From a virus (Duplodnaviria > Caudoviricetes), in IMG/VR virus record IMGVR_UViG_3300005933_000015, positions 1-57,474 of that record: a DNA stretch of 57,474 nt; one strand, 5' to 3'. The notes beneath the pieces are model-generated. The model was not told where the DNA came from and ran no database searches. It worked only from the letters and a program-made list of their open reading frames with translations. A program made the translations under genes and the position numbers. Shown in pieces: positions 17,585 through 28,400 of this stretch (its first letter is position 1; each line of letters begins with the position of its first letter).

Positions 17585-18927
17585 TTAACGGCAATCTAGA
17601 CAATAATAACACTGCAGAAAGTGCTGTTCCGGGATCTTTTAGGATATCTGAGATATCTATACAGAACGCATACGGTAAAGAGTTTAATATATTTAACCAA
17701 GTAACTAAATTGGTAATAACTGAGAGTATGTACACCTATGGTCTGCATGCTTCTATAGAAATACTCGATACAGTCAACCTATTTGAAGAACTGCGCATAA
17801 GCGGCCAAGAGAAAGTTACTATCATCATCCACAAGAGAGATAAAGGATCTAAAGACACCATTAAATTGAAAAAAGTATTTTATGTTACGGAAATCCCATT
17901 ATTTGGTAAGATCAAAGAAGCAAGTCAAGGATATACCCTAACTTGCCTAAGCGAACACGCATTTACAAATAAGGTAGTAAGTTTGTCTAGGTCTGTTAAA
18001 GGTTCTATCTCTAAAGCAATTGAAAAAGTTATAAAAAACGATCTACAGTATACGGGTGACATATTCAACACGGCAGATAGTAAGGGAAATGTGAGTTTAG
18101 TAATACCCAATGTAAAACCATTCAAGGCTGTGGACTGGTTGTTGCGTAGATCATTTGACGAGTCCAGTTCACCTATATTTGCATACGAAACGTTGAACGG
18201 GTTTTATATAATCCCATATAAAGAAATTGCAACCTCAAAAAGTATCGGAACATACAGTTTTACATTTAGACAAAATGATGAGGAAACTACTGAGGAAGGG
18301 TATAACGAGCGTAAATACAAAGTACTTGCAATGGCGTCTAACCTAAACAGTTCAAAGTTTCATCACTCTGGACGGGGTGCATATGCATCGACGACAAAAG
18401 TATTAGACATATCGACCAAGAAATATTATGATGTTAAGTACGATTATCAGAAATCATTCGAGAGGTCTCCCAAGGCGTATGTGGGATATCCGTTGATATC
18501 TAATAAGTTTAAGATAAAAGACGAGACTTTAAATCATCATCACGATTCTTTAGAAATTTATATAAACTCCAATGAAATGTCATATGGTACGAACTATGTG
18601 AACTATCATGCGGGAGCAATTAATAGTGCAGGGACAAGATTGTCCATTCTAGAGAATATGGATTCAATTAAAGTTTCTATCACCATCAATGGTGACTTGT
18701 CAGTTAATCCTGGAAAGAAACTTTCGCTGACCGCACCAAAGTCAATTGATCCACAAGTATATAAAAAGATACGAGAAAAATCTGCAAAAAGAAGCTCTGA
18801 GCATGACATGATGATATCTGGGGACTACATAATTACTGGAGTTCAACATGTATTCAGTGATAAGTACACATGCGAAGCAGTACTGAAGCGAGATTATTCA
18901 TATTACACATTAGATTCGGCAGAGTAA
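17581..18927 (+). CDS. baseplate hub protein (gp27-like)
   Basis: Lies between gp53 and gp5; ISGQE, GD...PG, SGDYIITGVQH phage D/VgrG-N-like motifs. Confidence 0.7.
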   Translation: MINGNLDNNNTAESAVPGSFRISEISIQNAYGKEFNIFNQVTKLVITESMYTYGLHASIEILDTVNLFEELRISGQEKVTIIIHKRDKGSKDTIKLKKVFYVTEIPLFGKIKEASQGYTLTCLSEHAFTNKVVSLSRSVKGSISKAIEKVIKNDLQYTGDIFNTADSKGNVSLVIPNVKPFKAVDWLLRRSFDESSSPIFAYETLNGFYIIPYKEIATSKSIGTYSFTFRQNDEETTEEGYNERKYKVLAMASNLNSSKFHHSGRGAYASTTKVLDISTKKYYDVKYDYQKSFERSPKAYVGYPLISNKFKIKDETLNHHHDSLEIYINSNEMSYGTNYVNYHAGAINSAGTRLSILENMDSIKVSITINGDLSVNPGKKLSLTAPKSIDPQVYKKIREKSAKRSSEHDMMISGDYIITGVQHVFSDKYTCEAVLKRDYSYYTLDSAE

Positions 18928-18931
18928 CATT

Positions 18932-20443
18932 ATGGCAAGTAGTACAGACCAATTTATTGGAGCAAGTTTTGTTTGGTTCACAGGCGTGGTTGAAGATCGC
19001 ACCGATCCAGAAATGATGGGGCGAGTTAGGGTTAGATGCTTTGGGTTTCACACAGACTCTAAGGCACAGATCCCTACTAACGATCTCCCTTGGGCAACGG
19101 TATTATTACCAAATACCTCAGCATCAGTATCTGGCGTAGGACACACTCACGGATTGGTTCCTGGGAGTTGGGTTGTTGGGTTTTTCCGAGACGGATCATC
19201 TGCACAAGATCCAGTTATCATGGGATCTATAGCAAGTTCATTCGAACAGATGCCGGTTTCTACCAAAGGGTTTTCTGATCCTGGTGGACATTATCCAAAA
19301 TATATCGGCGAACCTGATGTGAATAAACTAGCCCGTGGAATAGACACTCACCCATATGTAAATGACGTAAGCATTGGTGAACCCGCGTCGCCATATGCAG
19401 CGGTATATCCATACAACAAGGTTATAGAAACTGAGTCTGGTCATAAGATAGAACTTGATGATACCCAAGGCGCAGAGCGAGTTAGAATAACTCATCATTC
19501 CGGCTCATTCGTTGAGATGCAACCTGAAGGCGATATTGTAATTAGACAAGAGAACAAGTATGAAATTGTTCTATCCAACGATAACTGTCACGTCCAAGGG
19601 AATATCAACTTATTAGTTGATGGGAATGTAAATCAGTTTATCCGGGGCGACCTAGATATATTCGCAGAAGGGAATATGAGTTTTAAATCTGGTGGAAACA
19701 TCACCTTTGATGCAGCGGGTAATTACGCTGAAGCAGCATCTAATATTAACATGAACACATCGCCCGCTGACCCATTCGGTGCGGATGCTCAACGTTTAGT
19801 TCTTGCTCTTGCAGGATCTAACGCTGCGTTTGACGATGACTTTGATAATGATAACGCAGCATTAATCGTCCCATCAGAAGATGTTGTTGTTACTGAAAAT
19901 GTTACTCCTGATACGACTCCAGAGGTAGTGAAAAAAAATCCAGCAAAACAAGTGTGTGATGGCATATCTGAGGACGATGTTACAGATTCTCTACAATTGA
20001 CACCCAATTATACATTGGCATCAGTTTCTTCTGCAGCACTGTTTAAGCATACCGTACAAGCACAGGCGGGGTATACTAAATCAGAAATTGCATGTAACCT
20101 AAAGGCACTTTGTGAAAATATTCTAGAACCAATCATTGCGCAATACCCAGGCCTAAGAGTTAACTCTGGATTCCGAACAGTAACTACAGGTAAATCTCAA
20201 CACGAACGGGGGATGGCATGTGATATTCAATGGCCCGGAATTAAACCCGCCGAATATCTTAATCGTGCGCAGTGGATTAAAGCAAACGTTGGATATGATC
20301 AACTTATATTTGAACATGGAAACTCTATCTGGTTACACCTAAGTTTTGATCGCCCTAGAAATAATCAGGGCACTCCGCAGAGAAACCGTGAACTAACTTA
20401 TTACAAAAGTAAGTATACCTCTGGTATGACTTTGTACTACTAA
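18932..20443 (+). CDS. gp5: baseplate central spike gp5 with C-terminal peptidase M15A domain
   Basis: WFTGVVEDRTDP..GRVRVR OB fold, YPYN...ESGH, beta-helix repeats; C-terminal NSGFR, SQH..G.ACD, WLHLS. Confidence 0.88.
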   Translation: MASSTDQFIGASFVWFTGVVEDRTDPEMMGRVRVRCFGFHTDSKAQIPTNDLPWATVLLPNTSASVSGVGHTHGLVPGSWVVGFFRDGSSAQDPVIMGSIASSFEQMPVSTKGFSDPGGHYPKYIGEPDVNKLARGIDTHPYVNDVSIGEPASPYAAVYPYNKVIETESGHKIELDDTQGAERVRITHHSGSFVEMQPEGDIVIRQENKYEIVLSNDNCHVQGNINLLVDGNVNQFIRGDLDIFAEGNMSFKSGGNITFDAAGNYAEAASNINMNTSPADPFGADAQRLVLALAGSNAAFDDDFDNDNAALIVPSEDVVVTENVTPDTTPEVVKKNPAKQVCDGISEDDVTDSLQLTPNYTLASVSSAALFKHTVQAQAGYTKSEIACNLKALCENILEPIIAQYPGLRVNSGFRTVTTGKSQHERGMACDIQWPGIKPAEYLNRAQWIKANVGYDQLIFEHGNSIWLHLSFDRPRNNQGTPQRNRELTYYKSKYTSGMTLYY

Positions 20444-20444
20444 A

Positions 20445-20741
20445 ATGCCAGCAGTAGCAAGAATAGGTGACCCGACCACAACAGGGCATGGATGTGATGC
20501 CACCACTACTGTGATAGGTGGTTCGGGGAATGTGTTTGCTAATGGTATCGGGGTAGAGCGTCAAGGAGACCCTACAGCGCCGCATACGATCCTTGCGGGT
20601 AGTGTATGTGTACCCCACGGCGCTGTGATCAACGTGGGGTCTCATAATGTCTTTACTAATGGTATTCCTACTGCAAGGGTTGGTGACTCCACCGACGGAG
20701 GTGCTATCACTGCTGGGTCGCCCAACGTGTTCGCAAATTAA
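20445..20741 (+). CDS. gp5.4: PAAR spike-tip protein gp5.4
   Basis: MPAVARIGD, PTARVGD, GSPNVFAN. Confidence 0.93.
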   Translation: MPAVARIGDPTTTGHGCDATTTVIGGSGNVFANGIGVERQGDPTAPHTILAGSVCVPHGAVINVGSHNVFTNGIPTARVGDSTDGGAITAGSPNVFAN

Positions 20742-20744
20742 CCC

Positions 20745-20773
20745 TTGCCAATATTCCAAAAATGGTGTATAAT
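20745..20773 (+). promoter_or_regulatory. sigma70-type promoter inside the late cluster
   Basis: TTGCCA-17 bp-TATAAT. Confidence 0.5.
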
Positions 20774-20811
20774 ATTCATTGGTCCAGCAGGGTAGTAGCT
20801 ACAATATAACA

Positions 20812-20819
20812 TATAAATA
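20812..20819 (+). promoter_or_regulatory. late promoter TATAAATA
   Basis: Exact consensus 5 nt before the gp25 ATG. Confidence 0.7.
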
Positions 20820-20824
20820 AAAGT

Positions 20825-21268
20825 ATGAGCACAGAACTACTATCAGACGTTAATGTAACAAACCAGAAGGTTGCTATTGTTTCTAGAAGAAAACAATACT
20901 CTGACCTAGACTTGTCATTAATACCTCACCCAAACAAAAAGGATATAATTCCTTTAACGGATATTGCAGCAGTAAAGAATTCTATTAAGAATTTAATACT
21001 TACTTCAAGATACGAGAGACCATTTCAACCAGAACTTGATTCTGGTGTGAGAAGTATGTTATTCGAGAATGCGGATAGCATGACAAGATATATGTTAACT
21101 AGTAGAGTTAAGAGAATCATTGATAATTACGAACCTAGAGTTAATAATGTAATTGTCCAAGTAGAAGATGACTCTGACAACAATGGATACAATATAACTA
21201 TAGTTTTTAACGTTATAACTTATGACTCGCAGTCAGACGTTAGAATATTCTTAGAGAGAGTTCGATAA
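20825..21268 (+). CDS. gp25: baseplate wedge subunit gp25
   Basis: YSDLDL, AVKNSIKNLILT...ERPFQP, NYEPRV. Confidence 0.92.
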   Translation: MSTELLSDVNVTNQKVAIVSRRKQYSDLDLSLIPHPNKKDIIPLTDIAAVKNSIKNLILTSRYERPFQPELDSGVRSMLFENADSMTRYMLTSRVKRIIDNYEPRVNNVIVQVEDDSDNNGYNITIVFNVITYDSQSDVRIFLERVR

Positions 21269-23112
21269 TGGCAGTCAACCTAAATGTAACTGAATTAGAT
21301 TTTGATCTGATCAAGCAAAATTTAAAAAATTACTTATCATCACAATCGAAGTATAATGACTACGACTTTGAAGGGTCTGGGCTATCTATTCTATTAGATG
21401 TTCTGGCATATAATACACATTATAACGCGATGACAGCACACCTTGCGTTGAATGAGGCGTTTCTCGACTCAGCGCAGATTCGCGGTAATGTTGTGTCACA
21501 TTCGAAATTGTTGGGATACTTGCCTAGGTCAAAGACTGCATCTACAGGACTAGTTAATGTAACGGTTAATAATCCAATTGGTTCACCAGTACCTGCTTAT
21601 TTAACTCTAGAACGCGGAACTAAATTTATTTCTATAGTTGATGGTGAGGAATTTCCGTTTGTGGTAACAGAATCTACTTCTGCAACATATTCTGCATCTA
21701 ATAATAATTTTGTATATCCAAATATAGCTATCAAACAGGGCACATTTAAAAGTCTTACTTATAGGGTAGACACTTCCATCGAAAATCAAAAGTTTGAGAT
21801 ACCAGATGAAGATATTGATATCTCAACTCTGAGAGTTCGCCTCAAGACAAATGATGACTCTGACGACTATACTATATACACTCAATTCTCATCTTTGGTA
21901 AATGTTGGTGCTAGTAGTAGAGTTTACTTTGTTCAGGAGAATAGTGGTAGTAAGTATGAGATTTATTTCGGTGATGGTATTATTGGCGCAAGGCCAACTT
22001 CAAATAATATTGTAGAGTTGGAGTATGTATATACATCTGGTGCAATAGCAAACTCTGCTAGAAACTTTGAAATAGTATCTGAGATAGGTGGTAACTCTGA
22101 TATTACAGTCGCAACAGTTAGTTCAGGCACAGGCGGTGACGATCGAGAGTCAATAGAATCTATTCGTTTTAACGCGCCTCTGACATACATTACACAGAAC
22201 CGTGCAGTGACTGCCGACGATTATAAAGCAATTATTTTAAGAGAATATGGTGACATCGATGCGATTTCCGTTTGGGGTGGTGAAGATGCTAGTCCTCCAG
22301 ATTATGGTAAAGTATATATCTCGATTAAACCTAAAACTTCTGATACATTAAGTACGACAGATAAAGAATTTATCAAAGATAATATCCTAAAGGGTAAGAA
22401 TGTTATTTCTATCACACCAGTAATGGTCGACCCAGAATACACTTTCATTAAACTAGAAGTATTCTTTAAGTATAACCCTAACCTAACTGATAGAAAACTT
22501 GCTGAGTTACAAGCATTAGTTGCAAACGTCATTGCAAATTATAACAATACTGATTTGAAGAGATTCGACGGCGTGTTTAGATATTCTAAGTTGTTAAGAA
22601 ATATCGACTCTTCTGATCCTGCTATATTAAACTCATACTCAAGAGTCTATATGTATAAGGTTGTTACTCCTTCGAACACTGTTCAAAACTATTACGACTT
22701 ATATTTCTCATCTCCGATATACACTACAACTTCTTCAGAATCTGTTCTGGAAAGTACATCATTTTTGATCAATAGTATTGAACACTTCTTTGGCGACTAT
22801 CCGATTATTAATTCTAATAATCGACGCATAACTATTTACAAGATTGTTAATGGTGCGAGAGTAATAGTCAACTCTGAAGCAGGTATTATATACACTGCAA
22901 CTGGTAGAATAGTTATCAATAACTTTAAACCCGACACAACTGCTGAGATTAGGCTTACAGTTCTACCAAATTCATTAGACCTTGCGCCTAAACGCAATCA
23001 GTTATTGTCGATATCACCTTTCTTTACAGAAGTTAATGGTGAGGTAGATACTATTGCGGTATCTGGTTCATCAGGAACAGTTGATTACACTACAACTTCT
23101 AGACACAAGTAA
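21268..23112 (+). CDS. gp6: baseplate wedge subunit gp6
   Basis: LDFD.IK..L, DYDFEGS, LAYNTHY, FGDG, QNRAVTADDY. Confidence 0.94.
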   Translation: MAVNLNVTELDFDLIKQNLKNYLSSQSKYNDYDFEGSGLSILLDVLAYNTHYNAMTAHLALNEAFLDSAQIRGNVVSHSKLLGYLPRSKTASTGLVNVTVNNPIGSPVPAYLTLERGTKFISIVDGEEFPFVVTESTSATYSASNNNFVYPNIAIKQGTFKSLTYRVDTSIENQKFEIPDEDIDISTLRVRLKTNDDSDDYTIYTQFSSLVNVGASSRVYFVQENSGSKYEIYFGDGIIGARPTSNNIVELEYVYTSGAIANSARNFEIVSEIGGNSDITVATVSSGTGGDDRESIESIRFNAPLTYITQNRAVTADDYKAIILREYGDIDAISVWGGEDASPPDYGKVYISIKPKTSDTLSTTDKEFIKDNILKGKNVISITPVMVDPEYTFIKLEVFFKYNPNLTDRKLAELQALVANVIANYNNTDLKRFDGVFRYSKLLRNIDSSDPAILNSYSRVYMYKVVTPSNTVQNYYDLYFSSPIYTTTSSESVLESTSFLINSIEHFFGDYPIINSNNRRITIYKIVNGARVIVNSEAGIIYTATGRIVINNFKPDTTAEIRLTVLPNSLDLAPKRNQLLSISPFFTEVNGEVDTIAVSGSSGTVDYTTTSRHK

Positions 23113-23118
23113 ATAGTT

Positions 23119-24066
23119 ATGGCATCTATCGAAGCATCCGCGTCTTCAAAACGAAAGACCAAAGAATCTATTAGAGTAGAATCATTAATACCCGAATACC
23201 TTAGAGAGAATTCGGAAAGATTATTGATGTTGCTCGAAGATTACTATAAATTCATGAATCAGGGATTTCAACCATCGTATGAACTACATCACATATCTGA
23301 AGAACGAGACATTGATACCGCTGAACATTATTTAGATCTTATTCAGAAAGAGATCGCGGTAGTTATACCTAGAGATATTCAAACTGACAGAGTTAAACTA
23401 TACAAGAGACTAGTTAACTATTATAATATTAGAGGTTCTTCTGAGTCTATTGAAACTTTCTTTCGTATACTATTGCAAGATGAAGTCGAAGTATACTACC
23501 CAAAGGATCAAATGTTGATCCCATCTGCGGGAAAATGGGATCCTAGTATTCAGAGATACCTTAATTCAGATGGATTCTTGTCAGATAGAAACAAGTTACA
23601 AGATTCTTATTTCTACCAGAAATTCTCATATGTTATTAGAACTGGTAACAATGTAGATCAGTGGGAAAATGTATACAACAAATTAGTACACCCAAGTGGA
23701 TTTATTTTCTTCGGTGAGATTTTCTTATTACTGATGGCAACTCTTGATCAAGGTGTTGTAAATAGTGGTGCAATCATGCCAGGGCGCCAGCCAGGATTGA
23801 TCCGAGATGAAGATCTGCCAAGATTAGTCTATATGATCGCAGCTCATAATAGGATGAGCGTTCAAGAATCTTTAATGGTAGTAATACTTGCACTTACATA
23901 TGTGGATCAATACTATGTACGCAAGTCTAAAGAATTCTCAGACCTGCTCAAGTTCTACGACGAATCTCCAATGTATTCTTATGAGAATTTCACTATACAA
24001 CAGGGTATAAATAAAACAATCGATAGAGTTAATGTAGGAGTCTCTATCACGCAATCATCAATGTAA
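23119..24066 (+). CDS. gp7: baseplate wedge initiator gp7-like (short form)
   Basis: Y..RGS.ES...FFRIL, LQDSYFYQKFSYVI, HPSG; lies between gp6 and gp8. Confidence 0.7.
   Translation: MASIEASASSKRKTKESIRVESLIPEYLRENSERLLMLLEDYYKFMNQGFQPSYELHHISEERDIDTAEHYLDLIQKEIAVVIPRDIQTDRVKLYKRLVNYYNIRGSSESIETFFRILLQDEVEVYYPKDQMLIPSAGKWDPSIQRYLNSDGFLSDRNKLQDSYFYQKFSYVIRTGNNVDQWENVYNKLVHPSGFIFFGEIFLLLMATLDQGVVNSGAIMPGRQPGLIRDEDLPRLVYMIAAHNRMSVQESLMVVILALTYVDQYYVRKSKEFSDLLKFYDESPMYSYENFTIQQGINKTIDRVNVGVSITQSSM
24006..24013 (+). promoter_or_regulatory. late promoter TATAAATA for gp8
   Basis: Exact consensus in the 3' end of gp7. Confidence 0.55.
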
Positions 24067-24081
24067 GAGGAATATTTAAAA

Positions 24082-25446
24082 ATGACAGCAATCGTAACCA
24101 ATGATTTTCGAGTAGTTAACGCTCAGAACTTCAAAGAAGATATTACAGATGCGGATAATAGTGTTTATGTGTTCATCGGTAAGTCTGATGCGTGGTCAGA
24201 CTCTATTGATGATTTAGCCGATGCTACACCGCCCGATCCTATCGACTCGCCTTATGAACAAAACCTTGCGTATAAAAATATGATCGCAGCCAAGGTTGTA
24301 ACTTCTAGCGATGTAACACACGTTGTTCCACGTCATGATTGGACTAGTGGTGAAGTTTACTATGCATGGGACGATAGTGACCCAGATATATACTCCACAG
24401 GAGACCACTATTTTTATGTTATCACTGATGAGCGTAAAGTATTCAAGTGTTTAGATGTTGGTCCTGCTGCATCTGTAGTTAAACCTACTCTTTCTCAAGT
24501 ACCTCCGTTCGCATTAGGTGATGGTTACACTTGGAAGTATCTCTATACACTTGCTATTGTAGATTCTGAGAAGTTCTTGACTAACTTCTATATGCCAGTT
24601 AAAACAGTGTTGTTACCAGAATCTGGTTTGATAGGTGATTTGTCTGAATCTGATCAGGCACAGTACACGAATCAACAATCCGCGATCGCTTCGTTGTCTG
24701 GTAAAATATACAGATCTAAAGTTGTTTCTGGTGGTAGTGGTTATACTTACGCAACTTTAACCGTAGACGGTGACGGCACAGGTGCTACAGCTACAGCTAC
24801 AGTTGCCGGTGGTGTTATCACAGGCGTTACGATGACCAATGTTGGGTCTAACTACAATATTGCTAGAATTGTTATCACGGGCGACGGTGTCGGCGGCGAA
24901 ATTCACCCAATTCTTGCCGCTAGTAAAGCACATGGATCAGATCCAGTTGCTGAGCTTGGAGCATACTTTATTGGAGTCAATACTCGGTTAGAGTATGATG
25001 ATGGTAGTGGTGACTTTATTGTGGATAACTCATTTAGACAGGTCGGACTAATTCGCAACCCATTGAACCCTGCTGGTAATGCAGTATCAACTGCTACCAC
25101 TTTCAACGGACTAAAGACACTTAGTCTTGCTTCAGGAACTGGTTTTACCGCCAGTGACTATATAACAGGTGCTTCTAGTGGTGCTGTTGCATACATCGAC
25201 GATTTTGATTCAGATTCATTAGTTATCAAATTTCACCAAAATGAGAAGACCGGATATAAATCATTCCAAAACTCGGAAAACGTTGTAGGTGATATATCAG
25301 GCAGTGGTGCTGCACTAGGTTCTGGTGCGGTTTCTGGTCCAGAGTATTCTCCTAATACGGGTTATATTATATTCCTGGAAAACCGTGGACCGTTGAACCG
25401 ATCAGCAGCACAGATCGAAGATGTAAAAATCATCATTGAATTCTAA
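24082..25446 (+). CDS. gp8: baseplate wedge subunit gp8
   Basis: YVFIGK, VVPRHDW, VFKCL, DGYTWKYLYT, FRQVGL, ENR...R...Q.EDVKIIIEF. Confidence 0.9.
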   Translation: MTAIVTNDFRVVNAQNFKEDITDADNSVYVFIGKSDAWSDSIDDLADATPPDPIDSPYEQNLAYKNMIAAKVVTSSDVTHVVPRHDWTSGEVYYAWDDSDPDIYSTGDHYFYVITDERKVFKCLDVGPAASVVKPTLSQVPPFALGDGYTWKYLYTLAIVDSEKFLTNFYMPVKTVLLPESGLIGDLSESDQAQYTNQQSAIASLSGKIYRSKVVSGGSGYTYATLTVDGDGTGATATATVAGGVITGVTMTNVGSNYNIARIVITGDGVGGEIHPILAASKAHGSDPVAELGAYFIGVNTRLEYDDGSGDFIVDNSFRQVGLIRNPLNPAGNAVSTATTFNGLKTLSLASGTGFTASDYITGASSGAVAYIDDFDSDSLVIKFHQNEKTGYKSFQNSENVVGDISGSGAALGSGAVSGPEYSPNTGYIIFLENRGPLNRSAAQIEDVKIIIEF

Positions 25447-25459
25447 GAGAGAAATATAA

Positions 25460-28400
25460 ATGACATTCAAGCTTTTCAATACACCGCCTTACTATGATGA
25501 TTTCGATGAGACGAAGAACTATGTAAGAATCCTTTTCCGACCAGGAAATGCAGTCCAAGCGCGTGAATTAACTCAGATGCAGACTTCACTGCAAGCACAA
25601 ATTGATAGACATGGTAAACATGTATTCAAAGAAGGTTCTCCGGTAATTGGAGGGAAACCAACTATAGATGAATCTGATTTTATTAAGGTTGAATCATCTT
25701 TTATTCCCTCTTCTGGCGGAGCAACTTTAGTTACTGATAATTATTATGAAGAATTTTTAGGAACAACCATCCTTGGTCAAACATCTGGTGTTACTGCAAA
25801 AGTTATTGATGTAGTTCCATCTGGAACAGATGGTCCAATTACATTATATTTAAAGTATACTAATTCTGGTACTGATACAGAGACAAAATTATTTCAAACA
25901 GAAGAAGAACTAGTTTCGGATGCAATTATTCCGCGACAGGCAAAAATTAAAACCTCGGTAGAAATTCCTACAGGTAAAGGGTTGAGGTTCTCAATCCCTG
26001 AAGGAGTATTTTTTGTTAATGGTCATTTTGTATATGTCCCAAGCGAATCTTTAATCGTATCTAGGTATAGTCTAGATATTTCCACTCGCATTGTTTACGA
26101 GATTGTAGAGAACACTGTAACTATCGCTGAAGACGCGTCTCTTGGTGATAATGCTCTAGGTACTCCTAACGAGGCAGCACCCGGAGCACATAGATATCAA
26201 ATCCTACTGAACCTTAAAACTCAACCATTTTCTTTCACAGAACCTCGAGACGATAAATTTATTCAGTTAATGCTTATCGAAAATGGTTTCATCAAGCAGC
26301 GAGCAACGACAGAATACTCAGAATTAAGTAACGAACTTGCCCGAAGAACATACGAAGAATCTGGTAACTATGTTGTTAAGCCTTTCATCATCAATACTCG
26401 CGAGTTATATAATGATGGATCTAATAATGGACTTTATAATTTAGCACAATTGCGTAGATTTTCTAGATTAGGCGTTGCTTCTACAGACGCGCAAGTAATT
26501 TCTTATGGCGAAAGTCGGCTTGCGGTAGGCCTAGAAAAATCCGTTGCATATGTTAACGGATACCGTATCGAGTTAGAAGATATTAAATATGTAGAGTTGC
26601 TCAAATCTAGGGAAACTGAATGGTTTAATGGAGCTTCAATTGTTGCAAATTTAGGTAACTATGTAACAGTTAACGTCAGTCAGGGGTTACCAGACGTAGA
26701 TACATTTGGTATTCTTAACCTCAAAGACAGTGGTAATTCTGTTATCGGAACTGCTCGTGCTCGTTCTATAGATTGGGTATCAGGTACTACATATAAACTA
26801 TATCTGTTTGATATATCTATGGCAATAGAAACTTTTTCTGATGTCGTATATATTCAACAAACCCTTTCTTCTGGGCCACAGTTCACAGCAACTTTAGTTT
26901 CTACTAACTTATTCGATACCAACTATAATTCTTTAGTATATAAGTTACCATTTGATACAGTACAGACATTGATCTTTGGTGGGCAGAATGATACTTATTA
27001 TACTGTAAAGAGAAAAACTTCTGCTTCAGTTACTGGCTCTCAAACAACTGTTGATGCTACTGATGGTGTTATTCAACCATACAATTCAACTGACTGGATT
27101 GCGATTGATAATAGTGGTGATCCTATTAATATTAGCGGAGTTACTATATCATTCAACTCTAGCACGAACGTTTCTAGTGCAGTAATATCTTTCTCAGATC
27201 ATACAACTGGTGATGTATACATCGTATATCCAATTGATAAGAACCTTGCTAAGAAAACCAAGAACCTAATTGAAGATCATGTTATCTTAAAGACTAGCCC
27301 TAACACTACTCCAGGTAGTTATGATAGTTTAGGTATTACAGACGTATTTAGACTAGTTTCTATAAAAGATGTAGGTGTACCTCTTGCGGGTGGTGGTTTC
27401 TTAGATATCACCGATAGATATGAATTAGACAACGGTCAACGCGATAACTTCTACGGTATTGGTAGAGTTCGCCTAAAGTTTGATGCAATTCCTCCTATCG
27501 GAAATTTGTCTATTACTCTAGATTATTTCCTACATGGTACTGGCGATTACTTCTCTGTGGACTCGTACTCTGGTATCGACTACGAAGATATTCCATCTTT
27601 CAACTCTATTAAGGGTCAAGTCGAATTGCGCGACGCAATTGACTTTAGACCAGTAAAGACTACTTCTGGAGATAATTTCACCGGAGCAGGATCATCGCTA
27701 GTTGATATCGTTAAACCTGGATCTATTATTAGAACCGATATCGTGTATTACCTAAACCGTATCGATAAAATTTATGTTGATAAAGATGGTAACTTTGGTA
27801 TCCTACAGGGCGTTCCTGCTCTAAACCCAGAACCGCCTAAAGACCTTAAAGATTCTATGATTCTTTACAGGTTAGAAGTCGGGGCGTTTACATTTGGTCC
27901 TGAGAGTATCAATCCAATCATGATCGACAACCGTCGATACACAATGCGCGACATTGGTAAGTTGGAAAGACGTATTAAGAACTTAGAATACTACACAACA
28001 TTATCTTTGTTGGAAAAAGAAACTGCCGACTATCAGTTGCCAGGGAATGCATTTAAGAACGGATTCGTCGTAGATAACTTCTACGGTCATAATGTAGGAA
28101 ATCCATCTAATCCAGATTACTCATGTTCAGTTGACCGTGCAAGAGGGGTATTAAGACCGCAGTTTGTAGAACAAGAAACTCGGTTAAAGTGGAACAGCGG
28201 TTTAAGCACGGGGGTTAAGAAGTCTGGTTCTTTGTTAACACTAGATTACTCTGAGGTTTCTTATATAGAGCAACCATATGCTTCGTATGCAGAATGGGTT
28301 AATCCGTACAATGTATTCACATGGACTGGTGATATGGTGTTGTCGCCAGAGTCTGATAACTGGAAAGATACAGAAACCCGTCCAGATGTTATCATCGACC

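Noticed and set aside
25454-25462. Late promoter before the VrlC-like gene
   Set aside because: TATAAATG deviates from consensus and overlaps the start codon
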